DNA of 64,000 nucleotides from Bdellovibrionales bacterium. GTDB taxonomy: Bacteria; Bdellovibrionota; Bdellovibrionia; Bdellovibrionales; CAYMLA01. Below the pieces are notes generated by a model. That model ran no database searches. It was given only the letters and a program-made list of their open reading frames with translations, and was not told where the DNA came from. The position numbers were made by a program, and so were the translations under genes. This document shows, piece after piece, positions 37,614-46,656 of the stretch (the first letter of the stretch is position 1; each line of letters begins with the position of its first letter). Location of the stretch: contig OZ244239.1 of NCBI GenBank assembly GCA_965217115.1, forward strand, positions 1,600,001 to 1,664,000, read 5' to 3'.

Positions 37614-38528
37614 ATGAGACAGTTAACAATTATCTTGCTGGTTTTGATGGCTGTTTCAGGCTGCACTCGTGATAGGGGGCCAATCGGTAGCGAAAAAAAC
37701 CCTCTAAAACTTTACTTTGTTCCTTCTGTGGATGCCAAGGTTATTGAAGATAATTCTAAGTCTATTCGTAAATATTTAGAAAAAGAAACGGGGTATAGAT
37801 TTAAGGTCTCTATTCCAGCGTCTTATGTTGCGGTGGTGGAGGCATTTGGCACTAAACGAGCCGATATTTCAGCATTGAATACTTTTGGTTATCTTATGGC
37901 TAATCAGAAATATGGAGCGCAGGCTTTATTGACAGTTCTTCGCTATGGACACGCCACCTATCGGGGGCAGATAGTCACTCGTGCGGATAGTGGTATAGAT
38001 TCTCTTAAAGATCTTGAAGGCAAAAAGTTTGCTTTTGTTGATCCATCATCGACTTCAGGATACTTGCTGGCACTTAAAGAGTTGAAGCAAGCAAAAGTAA
38101 AGCCTAAAAAAACAGTATTTGGATTTAAACACGATAACGTTATTACGATGGTCTATCAAAAGCAGGTGGACGGAGGTGCAACATTTTATTCACCACCTGA
38201 AAATGGCAATATTCAAGATGCTCGTCGTCTGGTTAAAACTCAATTTCCAGATGTGGAAGAAGTGATAAAAATCATAAAGCTAACTGATCCGATACCAAAT
38301 GATCCTATTGTTTTCCGTGAGGACTTGCCTCAAGAGGTGAAACAGAAGGTCGTGGATGCTTTATTAAAATACGTTGGTACGCCTAAGGGAAAAGACGCAT
38401 TTAAGAAGCTCTATGGTGTAACAAATTTACAAAGAGCAACAGACAAAGATTACGATGGTGTTCGTGTTATGTTGAAGACTCTTGGGACGACAGCTCAGGG
38501 CTTACTCTCAAAGAAGAAGAAAAAATAA
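37614..38528 (+). CDS. phnD: Phosphate/phosphite/phosphonate ABC substrate-binding lipoprotein
   Basis: Lipobox VSGC; FVDPSSTSGY, IPNDP. Confidence 0.88.
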   Translation: MRQLTIILLVLMAVSGCTRDRGPIGSEKNPLKLYFVPSVDAKVIEDNSKSIRKYLEKETGYRFKVSIPASYVAVVEAFGTKRADISALNTFGYLMANQKYGAQALLTVLRYGHATYRGQIVTRADSGIDSLKDLEGKKFAFVDPSSTSGYLLALKELKQAKVKPKKTVFGFKHDNVITMVYQKQVDGGATFYSPPENGNIQDARRLVKTQFPDVEEVIKIIKLTDPIPNDPIVFREDLPQEVKQKVVDALLKYVGTPKGKDAFKKLYGVTNLQRATDKDYDGVRVMLKTLGTTAQGLLSKKKKK

Positions 38529-38553
38529 TTAGAGGAAAAATCGCGAACAGAAG

Positions 38554-39336
38554 GTGGAAAAAATTTTAGGAAATAAAATCTTATCAGTGAAAAAATTAGA
38601 AAAGACCTACCCCAATGGTGTTCAGGCATTGAGGGGCATTGATTTGGATGTCTATAAGGGGGAATTTTTAGTTATTATTGGTTTGAGTGGTTCTGGTAAA
38701 TCTACTTTACTACGTTGTTTGAATCGACTTCATGAGCCAACCAATGGTGAAATTATTTATAACGACACAGATATTGCCAAGGTTCAGGGTGGTGATATTC
38801 GTCATTTGCGCAAAAAAATGGCGATGATATTTCAACAATTCAATCTTATTGAGAGGCACTCTGTGTTGAGTAATGTTTTAATGGGTCAACTGGGGAACAC
38901 AAGAACTTTTGCGTCAATTTTTGGTTTGTTTTCTGAAAAATGTAAGAAGAAGGCTTTAGAGTATTTAAGTCTTGTTGGAATTGTAGATAAGGCACAAAAC
39001 CGTGCAGATCAATTATCTGGTGGTCAACAGCAGCGTGTGGCTATTGCTAGAGCGTTGATGCAGGACCCAGATGTTTTGTTGGCTGATGAGCCTGTAGCGA
39101 GTTTGGACCCAGCGACCTGTCATGTGGTGATGGATTATTTAAAAAAAGTGAACGAAGAATTAGGAATTACAATTATTTGTAATTTGCATTTTTTAAGTTT
39201 GGTTCGTCAGTACGCAACGCGAGTGATCGCCTTGAAGGCGGGAAATGTGGTCTACGAGGGAAGCCCTAAAAACATTGATGAAAGTTGGTTTGAAAGAATT
39301 TATGGAGAAGGGGCCAAGGAAGTTCATGTCGATTAA
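38554..39336 (+). CDS. phnC: Phosphonate-type ABC ATPase
   Basis: GLSGSGKSTLLRCLN, LSGGQQQRV, ADEPVASLDP. Confidence 0.92.
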   Translation: MEKILGNKILSVKKLEKTYPNGVQALRGIDLDVYKGEFLVIIGLSGSGKSTLLRCLNRLHEPTNGEIIYNDTDIAKVQGGDIRHLRKKMAMIFQQFNLIERHSVLSNVLMGQLGNTRTFASIFGLFSEKCKKKALEYLSLVGIVDKAQNRADQLSGGQQQRVAIARALMQDPDVLLADEPVASLDPATCHVVMDYLKKVNEELGITIICNLHFLSLVRQYATRVIALKAGNVVYEGSPKNIDESWFERIYGEGAKEVHVD

Positions 39337-39351
39337 AGAGGTTTCTATTTT

Positions 39352-40368
39352 ATGATGAAGCGAATGATTTTTGATTCTATTATTATTGGTTATTTTTTCA
39401 CTGTGATTCTGGTGGTGTTAGTCCAACCAGCTGAAGACTATATGCTGGAGTTACAGCGAAATACTTTTATTTTTTTGGGTCTGATAATTGCCGGTGGATT
39501 GCTGAGTTTTATTCTCAATAAAAAAGGGATTAAAACTTTGGGGGGGGCTCTTTTTGCGTCGCCTCAGAGGGAAAATTTAGAAAAAGCAGAGACTTGGTAT
39601 AAGACATTTTGGGGTATTGAATTTATTTTAGTCTTTGTTGTGACTTGTATCGTCGGAGCCTACCAAACAGACTTTAGTTTGTATGAGCTTTTTGATGAGA
39701 ATGGCTTTGCGGGCATGGTTCGTTTAATGACTGGTATTATCAATCCTAATTTTGATGTTCTTCCTGAAGCTGTGATGAATGTGATTGAAACTATTTTTAT
39801 TGCCTTTATGGCGACTGTGATTGCTATTCCAGCGGCTTTTGTTTTGAGTTTTCTATGTGCAAAAAATGTAATGACTCATCCAGCGGCTTTTGTCGTGTAT
39901 GTGGTGTTACGTTTTGTGTTGAATGTGACTCGTTCGGTAGAAGCTTTGGTTTGGGCAATTATTTTCTCTGTTTGGGTGGGGATTGGCCCTTTTGCTGGAA
40001 TGTTGGCTTTGATGCTTCATTCGGTGGCATCTTTAGCGAAGCAGTATTCTGAAATTGTGGAATGTGCTGATGATGGGCCAATAGAAGGTATCTTGGCAAC
40101 AGGAGCAAACCCTTTACAGGTGGTTTGGTTTGCGATTGTGCCTCAGATTGTTTTACCCTATGTCTCTTTTACTATTTATCGTTGGGATATCAATGTGAGA
40201 ATGGCAACAATCATTGGTCTTGTTGGTGGTGGTGGTATTGGAACTATGTTGATCAAGTTTCAAGGACAGGCGATGTGGCCAGAGGTGGGTTGTATTATTG
40301 TAGTCATTGCAGCTGTCGTGTGGTTAATGGATACGGCTTCGGCATATATACGAGAGGCAATTAAATAA
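39352..40368 (+). CDS. phnE: Phosphonate-type ABC permease
   Basis: GIGPFAG, YRWDINVRMATIIGLVGGGGIG. Confidence 0.92.
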   Translation: MMKRMIFDSIIIGYFFTVILVVLVQPAEDYMLELQRNTFIFLGLIIAGGLLSFILNKKGIKTLGGALFASPQRENLEKAETWYKTFWGIEFILVFVVTCIVGAYQTDFSLYELFDENGFAGMVRLMTGIINPNFDVLPEAVMNVIETIFIAFMATVIAIPAAFVLSFLCAKNVMTHPAAFVVYVVLRFVLNVTRSVEALVWAIIFSVWVGIGPFAGMLALMLHSVASLAKQYSEIVECADDGPIEGILATGANPLQVVWFAIVPQIVLPYVSFTIYRWDINVRMATIIGLVGGGGIGTMLIKFQGQAMWPEVGCIIVVIAAVVWLMDTASAYIREAIK

Positions 40369-40379
40369 TCTAAGGAGGA

Positions 40380-41132
40380 TTGAGTATGCGCATTTTTTTA
40401 TTGGTAACAGTGCTTTTGGCAAGTCAATTTTCTCTTGGATTGCAGACGTTATTTTGTGTAAATGGAGTAAAGAGTGATCGTGTAATAGATTTGTCATCTC
40501 TTATAGCAGAACCTTCTTTTGAGTTAAAGATACAGCCAGATAAGAAAAATTCTTTCTATGTATCTATCATGGAAAGATTAAATAATAGAGGGAAACACAT
40601 TTTATCTTGGAAAAAGGTGCCTTGTTACACCAGAGGGTTTGGTTTTTGGAAATGTTATAATAGAAGTCGATTGATCTTAAAAGTGAAAAATTTAACAGAA
40701 GACCTAGAAGATAGGGGTGCTAACCCTATCCATGTCTCGTGGGTATCAGATCGGAGAACCCGTCTTAGGGGCAAAAAGAAAGGTATAGAATTTTCCGAGC
40801 ATGATTGTTCATATAACAGAAAAACTTATATAATTAATTACTTACGACCTGGTTATGACCCCCACGGGCATGTGATTTATCGCTATCATAAAAAAACGAA
40901 TGGCAAATTTTCGGAATTACATAGAGGAGTTTCAGTGAATAATTGCTATGAGGGAAAAAGTGAGAAGGTTAGGGAAATTCTTGAAAAATTATTGAAAAAT
41001 GATGGGTCCATAGATAAGTATTTAATATCTGATCTACAAATCAAAAAAGATCGATCGATTGAAGTCTCTCTTAAACTTGAAAGAGATAATATTGAGGAAA
41101 AAGAAACTCTTCATTTATCTCTTTGTAACTAA
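40380..41132 (+). CDS. Secreted hypothetical protein
   Basis: Signal peptide, Lys-rich, several Cys; no family recognised. Confidence 0.7.
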   Translation: MSMRIFLLVTVLLASQFSLGLQTLFCVNGVKSDRVIDLSSLIAEPSFELKIQPDKKNSFYVSIMERLNNRGKHILSWKKVPCYTRGFGFWKCYNRSRLILKVKNLTEDLEDRGANPIHVSWVSDRRTRLRGKKKGIEFSEHDCSYNRKTYIINYLRPGYDPHGHVIYRYHKKTNGKFSELHRGVSVNNCYEGKSEKVREILEKLLKNDGSIDKYLISDLQIKKDRSIEVSLKLERDNIEEKETLHLSLCN

Positions 41133-42452
41133 TCATAAGATATTAAGAGAGAGTTCCATGGAGTTTTGAGCTTCAAGTATCTGCTTATTGCGACGCTCTT
41201 TTTTGTCACGAATGTGTTCTTTGAGTGGGGGGAATAACCCAAAATTAATGTTGATTGGTTGAAAGTGATCCATGCGTTCTTTAGCTGTGATGCCTTGGAG
41301 TAAAGAGCCTAAGGCTGTGGCGCGATGGGGAGGGGTGAAATTCTGACCATTTAGTTTTTGTGTTAAAAAATGGGAGACGAGTAAGCCCGTGCAGGTAGAT
41401 TCAAAGTAGCCTTCGACGCCTGTTATTTGACCAGCAAAAAATAGCAAAGGATCTTTTTGGCAAGACAGGTCTTTATTGAGTTTTTTAGGAGTATTGATGT
41501 AGAGGTTGCGATGAATACTGCCGAGCTTGAGAAAATCAGCATTTTCTAAGCCAGGGATAAGTTTAAAAACGTCCTTTTGTGCCTTGTAAGTCATCTTCGT
41601 TTGAAAACCAACCATGTTATAGGCTGTGGCTTCTTTGTTTTCCTGTCTTAATTGCACAATGGCATAGGTTTCTTTGCCCGTTTGCGGTAGATAGAGTCCC
41701 TTCGGTTTCATGGGGCCAAAGCGGGGAGTTTCTGGACCGCGTTCAACCATAACTTCAATAGGCATACAGCCTTCAAAATAAGGGATTTTTTCAAATCCTT
41801 TAGGCTCAACTTTCTCAGCCTCTCTCATGGCATTTATCAAGGTGTAATATTGGTCTTTGTTTAGGGGGCAGTTGATGTAGTCATCAGTGCCTTTTCCGTA
41901 GCGATCGGCTTTCCATGCGATATCCATGTTAATGGATTCGGTGTCAATAATGGGGGCAATGGCATCAAAAAAATAAAGAAATTCATCACCGAAGTATTTC
42001 TGCATATTGGTTGCTAGATGAGGGTGAGTGAGTGGCCCAGTGGCGATGACAGCAGGTCTAGGGATTTGAGAAAAATCGGTGATAACGTTTTTTGAAACGG
42101 TGATATTGGGATGGTCATTTATTTGTGTGGTGATCGATTGAGAAAATTTTTCACGATCGATACCTAGAGCCATACCAGCAGGAACTTGTGTATCAAGAGC
42201 TGTCTTGAGAATGTAACTGTTCAGTTTTTCGGCTTCCCATTTGAGTTGTCCAGGAGCTGTGGTGACCTGTAAGTTACCGAAAGAATTAGAGCAAACGAGC
42301 TCGGCAAAGAGATTGGTTTTATGGGCGGGGGTCATGGTTTGGCTTCTCATTTCTATGAGGTGAACTTTAAAATTTCTGTGAGCTAATTGTAGAGCACATT
42401 CACTGCCAGCAAGCCCCGCTCCAACGATAGTGATTGTCTTGGGTGTGTTCAT
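41133..42452 (-). CDS. trmFO: Folate/FAD-dependent tRNA m5U54 methyltransferase
   Basis: GAGLAGSE, AELVCSNS, FFDAIAP, YFEGCMPIE, AGQITGVEGY. Confidence 0.97.
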   Translation of the reverse strand: MNTPKTITIVGAGLAGSECALQLAHRNFKVHLIEMRSQTMTPAHKTNLFAELVCSNSFGNLQVTTAPGQLKWEAEKLNSYILKTALDTQVPAGMALGIDREKFSQSITTQINDHPNITVSKNVITDFSQIPRPAVIATGPLTHPHLATNMQKYFGDEFLYFFDAIAPIIDTESINMDIAWKADRYGKGTDDYINCPLNKDQYYTLINAMREAEKVEPKGFEKIPYFEGCMPIEVMVERGPETPRFGPMKPKGLYLPQTGKETYAIVQLRQENKEATAYNMVGFQTKMTYKAQKDVFKLIPGLENADFLKLGSIHRNLYINTPKKLNKDLSCQKDPLLFFAGQITGVEGYFESTCTGLLVSHFLTQKLNGQNFTPPHRATALGSLLQGITAKERMDHFQPININFGLFPPLKEHIRDKKERRNKQILEAQNSMELSLNIL

Positions 42453-42469
42453 CGTGTATTCCTAGAAGT

Positions 42470-42844
42470 ATGAGTTCTGATAATTCTCGCCGTAGGCGAC
42501 CAGCAACAGCCTCTGATGTCCTACAGAGTTTATTTTCAAATGGCAAGTCTCTATCGTCTCAGTTTAAGCGATGGAAGCTCTGGCGCAAATGGGAGGATAT
42601 CGTCGGAGAGACTATCGCAACCCATTCGGCCCCTGTGGGGTATAATGTGAAAGGAACGTTGTTTGTTTGGGTTGAGAGTTCTGTTTGGATGAATCAACTC
42701 CATTATATGCGTCCCCACATGATTGGAAATATTAATAGAGATATGGGAGATGGCTGGGTGAAGCGTATTCATTTTACCATGGATAAGAAGTCAGTCCCTT
42801 CTGTGAATGAATCGACGGAGTCTTTCCGCAATTTTTTAAAGTGA
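42470..42844 (+). CDS. DUF721 / DciA-family protein
   Basis: W..IVG..IA.HS.P...GTLFV.VESSVW...L pattern; ATG at 42470 avoids overlap with trmFO. Confidence 0.75.
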   Translation: MSSDNSRRRRPATASDVLQSLFSNGKSLSSQFKRWKLWRKWEDIVGETIATHSAPVGYNVKGTLFVWVESSVWMNQLHYMRPHMIGNINRDMGDGWVKRIHFTMDKKSVPSVNESTESFRNFLK

Positions 42845-43750
42845 TGTGAGATGTTTTTTACAGGTCCAATTTTCAATAAACTTTTTTGGAGATAATGGAA
42901 GACCTTTCCATAGAACTTCCCAGTGAAGATGTGCGGCTTGAACACGCCCTGTTGCTCCCGCTTTGCCAAGAATTTGTTGTGATGAGATATTCTGTCCTAC
43001 GGAAACGTTGATTTCAGATAAATGCATATAACGGGAGAAGATTCCTACTCCGTGATTAACAACTACAACACGCCCAGGAACGACCATGTGTTCAGCAAGA
43101 ACGATTTTCCCCTGTCCTATACTGCGAATAACAGTTCCTGTTCTGGCTCTAAGATCGACTCCAGAGTGATAGTAGCTGTAACCACTGGGAAGGGTTCTTG
43201 GAGATGCAAATGAGGACACTTCAATGGATTTTAGAGGTAGGGAGAAGCACTGGTCAGTCATTTTTATGAGAGGTCTCTCCCAGAGTAGGCCCATTTTTTT
43301 TCGTTCTGCCGCTTTTCTCGAATTTTGCTTTTGACTGACTTTTTTCCAAACAGCGGATGGCAGTCGTAAGGGCTTGGCTGTACTTAAAAGAGGCTTCTGT
43401 ATAGTGATATTTTTTTGAAACCAAACCCAATTGGATTTGGTTTCTTTCCAGTATCCTTTTAAAGTAACGGTAGAAGAGCTATGGAACCCAACGCTACCAA
43501 TGAATTTTTTTTTGAAGTTGACAAAACTCATGGATTTTCCGTTTAAAACAAGAGAGATGTGAGTTGAGAAGAGAGTGTCTGGGATGGTGAGAGAGAGAAT
43601 TTCTCCGACTTGCATGTTTTTTGGAACTTGCTTGAGCCATTGAGAGTGTTGTGTGAGTGATGGAAAGGGGTCTATAAGCCGTGGAAAAAATAAAATCCCC
43701 GATAAAAGAGAGAACATAAAGCTGGTTTCTATGATTATATTTTTTTTCAT
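42836..43750 (-). CDS. M23 family metallopeptidase
   Basis: HSGVD, YMHL, HLHWE; start moved to MKKN at 43750. Confidence 0.85.
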   Translation of the reverse strand: MKKNIIIETSFMFSLLSGILFFPRLIDPFPSLTQHSQWLKQVPKNMQVGEILSLTIPDTLFSTHISLVLNGKSMSFVNFKKKFIGSVGFHSSSTVTLKGYWKETKSNWVWFQKNITIQKPLLSTAKPLRLPSAVWKKVSQKQNSRKAAERKKMGLLWERPLIKMTDQCFSLPLKSIEVSSFASPRTLPSGYSYYHSGVDLRARTGTVIRSIGQGKIVLAEHMVVPGRVVVVNHGVGIFSRYMHLSEINVSVGQNISSQQILGKAGATGRVQAAHLHWEVLWKGLPLSPKKFIENWTCKKHLTSL

Positions 43751-44050
43751 TGAATCTCGCAGATTGTTGTTTTTATTAAATATTAAAAAAAACCCCAGTG
43801 CAACTCTCTGTGAGCATTTATTTGTAATGTCCGTGTCATGAAAAAAAACAGATTCTATTGCGCCTTGAGCTTCCTTTGTCAAGAGTGTTACTGAAAAAAA
43901 ATAAAGCATGGTGTTTTGCGCTACAGAAAAGGCTTTTAGAGTGTCTTTAAATGATAAAAACAAAAGAAAATGTCGTTTTCTATTGATTAGTCTTTTTTTT
44001 CAGGCTTTAATGGGGGCAATTATATAAAGCTAACAACAAGAGGAGATCTT

Positions 44051-44326
44051 ATGAACAAAGCAGAGCTTATCGAAAAAGTAGCGAATTTAACTGACATGAC
44101 CAAAGCTGATACTGAGAGAATGTTGGATGCGACAGTTGATACTGTACGTAAAACAGTGAAAAAAGGTGATGATGTGAAACTTGTGGGTTTTGGAACATTC
44201 ACTAAAGCTAAACGTAAAGCTCGTTCTGGTCGTAATCCTCAAACTGGTGAAACTATTAAGATTCCAGCAGCCTGGTATCCTAAGTTTCGTCCTGGCACTG
44301 AATTTAAAACTTTAATTCGTGGTTAA
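44051..44326 (+). CDS. hup: HU family DNA-binding protein
   Basis: MNKAELI, GFGTF, GRNPQTGE. Confidence 0.95.
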   Translation: MNKAELIEKVANLTDMTKADTERMLDATVDTVRKTVKKGDDVKLVGFGTFTKAKRKARSGRNPQTGETIKIPAAWYPKFRPGTEFKTLIRG

Positions 44327-44378
44327 TTTTAGTTTTTTATTGAATTCTTAATTATATATTATAAGAAGACGATTAAAG

Positions 44379-44405
44379 AGGTTGGTTTTATGCCAACCTT
44401 TTTTT
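44379..44405 (+). terminator. Intrinsic terminator after HU gene
   Basis: AGGTTGG-N7-CCAACCT followed by a T-run. Confidence 0.7.
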
Positions 44406-44421
44406 GTATCAGGAGCATGAG

Positions 44422-45414
44422 ATGAATTCATTTAACTTTAAAACTTTAAAGAAAATAGGCGTTTACACCAGTGGGGGAGACGCTTCGGGGATGAACGCAG
44501 CTATTCGCTCGGTGGTGAGAGTGGCCATTTCTCAAGGTTTGGAAGTAGTGGGTGTTCGTCATGGTTATGGGGGGATGTTGGAGGGAGATATTATTCCCAT
44601 GGATTTACGATCGGTGGCTAATGTGATTCAGCGGGGGGGAACTCTTTTAAAGACAGGACGCTCTTCATTGTTTTTTCAAGAAGAGTCACGAATTCAGGCA
44701 GTGGAAGTTTTAAAAAGCCATGGTATAGAGGCTTTGATTTGTATTGGTGGTGATGGATCTATGCGTGGTGCCCGTTGTTTGTGGGAGGAGCATGGTATTC
44801 CAATAGTCTCTGTGCCAGCGACCATTGATAATGATGTTCCTTGTACTGAGACGACAGTGGGGTTTGATACATCTGTGAATACAGCTTTGGAGGCTATTGA
44901 CCGAATTCGTGATACGGCCTCTAGTCATGATCGTTTGTTTATTGTTGAGGTTATGGGGAGAGATTCAGGATTTATTGCTCTTGATGTCGGTTTAGCAGGT
45001 GGCGCTGAAGAGGTTTTTATTCCTGAGCATCCAACGAGTGTGGATCAAGCGATTGAACATATTAAACGTGGTTTAGTTAATGGAAAGATGAATAGTATTC
45101 TGATAACTGCTGAGGGGCAAAAAGTGGGGCGAGGCTATGATTTGGCTGAAGCTATCCGTAAAAAATCAGGACTTGAGGCAAAGGTTTGTATTTTAGGTCA
45201 TATTCAAAGAGGTGGGGCGCCGACGGCAGGGGATCGTATATTGGCGAGTCAAATGGGAGCTGCAGCGGTAACGACGTTGTGTGAAGGTTTTTGTGATGTT
45301 ATGATTGGGCGACAAAATGGTCAGTTTGTTAGGGTTCCTCTTGAAGAGGTTTTAGCCACAAAGAAAAGTATTTCAAAGGATTTAATAGAACTTATTCAGG
45401 TGTTATCAAATTGA
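44422..45414 (+). CDS. pfkA: 6-phosphofructokinase
   Basis: TSGGDASGMN, GGDGS, TIDND, VEVMGR, LGHIQRGG; AGGAG RBS supports ATG at 44422. Confidence 0.95.
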   Translation: MNSFNFKTLKKIGVYTSGGDASGMNAAIRSVVRVAISQGLEVVGVRHGYGGMLEGDIIPMDLRSVANVIQRGGTLLKTGRSSLFFQEESRIQAVEVLKSHGIEALICIGGDGSMRGARCLWEEHGIPIVSVPATIDNDVPCTETTVGFDTSVNTALEAIDRIRDTASSHDRLFIVEVMGRDSGFIALDVGLAGGAEEVFIPEHPTSVDQAIEHIKRGLVNGKMNSILITAEGQKVGRGYDLAEAIRKKSGLEAKVCILGHIQRGGAPTAGDRILASQMGAAAVTTLCEGFCDVMIGRQNGQFVRVPLEEVLATKKSISKDLIELIQVLSN

Positions 45415-45418
45415 GGGT

Positions 45419-45850
45419 GTGATGGAAAAGGAAGTGTTTGAAAAAAATCCTGAAAGTCGTAATTACCACAAACATTGTGATGGTTCTGATCGGTGGTTGA
45501 GATCAGAGAGTGGTTATTTGGCTGGGGTTTGTGAGGGAATTTCTCGAACGTTGGGCGTTCCTCCATGGATTGTGAGGGTGGCTTGGTTAGTTGCCATTTT
45601 ATTTTTTGGAACAGGTGTTTTCTTTTATCTAGCTTTGGCGGTCTGTTTGCCAGAAGAGGGAAGATTGCATGAGGCGTATCAAACTAAAGTTTTAGGTGTT
45701 TGTCTGGGGCTAAGCCGCCGATTAGAGATTGAAGTAGGCGTGATACGTCTATTAGTTGTTTTACTTGGAGTTCTCTCTTTGGGATTGGTGGTCGTTGGCT
45801 ATTTTATGTTCTATTTTGTGACTAAAGTTTATAGGGGCAAACAGTATTAA
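45419..45850 (+). CDS. Tandem PspC-domain membrane protein
   Basis: Two repeats: LAGVCEGI...VR and VLGVCLGL...IR. Confidence 0.8.
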   Translation: MMEKEVFEKNPESRNYHKHCDGSDRWLRSESGYLAGVCEGISRTLGVPPWIVRVAWLVAILFFGTGVFFYLALAVCLPEEGRLHEAYQTKVLGVCLGLSRRLEIEVGVIRLLVVLLGVLSLGLVVVGYFMFYFVTKVYRGKQY

Positions 45851-45855
45851 AGGTG

Positions 45856-46656
45856 TTAGTCATCTTTTGGCTTTAGAGAGCCAAATTTTTCTCGATAGGT
45901 TTTAAGTTGAGTTAGTTTACGAATGTTTTGCTGTAGAAGGGCCTCAAAAACCCCTAATTCTTTTTCAGTGGGAACATTATGTAAGAGCATTCTTCTAAAA
46001 GTGGTGTAAGCATTGATTTTTTTCTCCTCGATATTAAATCCCAAAATAGAAATCCAGCGGCGAATGGTTTGATCGGGAAAAAGGTGCGGATTATCGGGAA
46101 AAAGGTGAGGAGGAGAGAGCTCTTCAGTGTCTTCTTTGTCTTTATCAAAAAGCCCCCATGCTTGTCTCATAGTGTAGAGAGTGAGGAGTGTGGCTTGAGA
46201 GAGGTTGAGACTTTGGTTTTTTCCGTAGATAGGTATTTTACAGAAAAATTGGCAGTAGGCGACATCATCAGAACTGAGCCCAGAGTCTTCGGGACCAAAA
46301 ATAAAATAAGTGTGTTTGTTACGTTGTTCTTTGTATTCGGGAGTTTCTTCAATTTCTTGAAAAATATCGGGAAGAATTTTGACTTTGCGCTGTTGCCCTT
46401 CACGGGCTGTTAGAGCAATTTTAAGTCCATCGCCTTCTTGTTGGTAAAATTCGTCCCAATTATTGTATTCGATATGGTTGCGTAGAGGTTCTTGTCCTGT
46501 GGCAGCTGCCTGTCTAGCTTTGGAGTTGATTTCACATTGGCGACCGATGATAACTAAACGGTTTACGCCAAAATTGGTCATCGCTCTTGCGGTGGCGCCA
46601 ATGTTGCTGGGATAAATAGGGCGAACAAGTACAATGGAGACAGTTGTTTTTTTCAT
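45856..46656 (-). CDS. TrmJ/LasT-family SPOUT RNA methyltransferase
   Basis: NIGATARAMTNFG, FGPEDSGL, SLNLSQA. Confidence 0.9.
   Translation of the reverse strand: MKKTTVSIVLVRPIYPSNIGATARAMTNFGVNRLVIIGRQCEINSKARQAAATGQEPLRNHIEYNNWDEFYQQEGDGLKIALTAREGQQRKVKILPDIFQEIEETPEYKEQRNKHTYFIFGPEDSGLSSDDVAYCQFFCKIPIYGKNQSLNLSQATLLTLYTMRQAWGLFDKDKEDTEELSPPHLFPDNPHLFPDQTIRRWISILGFNIEEKKINAYTTFRRMLLHNVPTEKELGVFEALLQQNIRKLTQLKTYREKFGSLKPKDD

Noticed and set aside
46072..46107. 21-bp-period duplication in the TrmJ-like gene (PHLFPD x2)
   Set aside because: Real but a trivial in-frame linker duplication.
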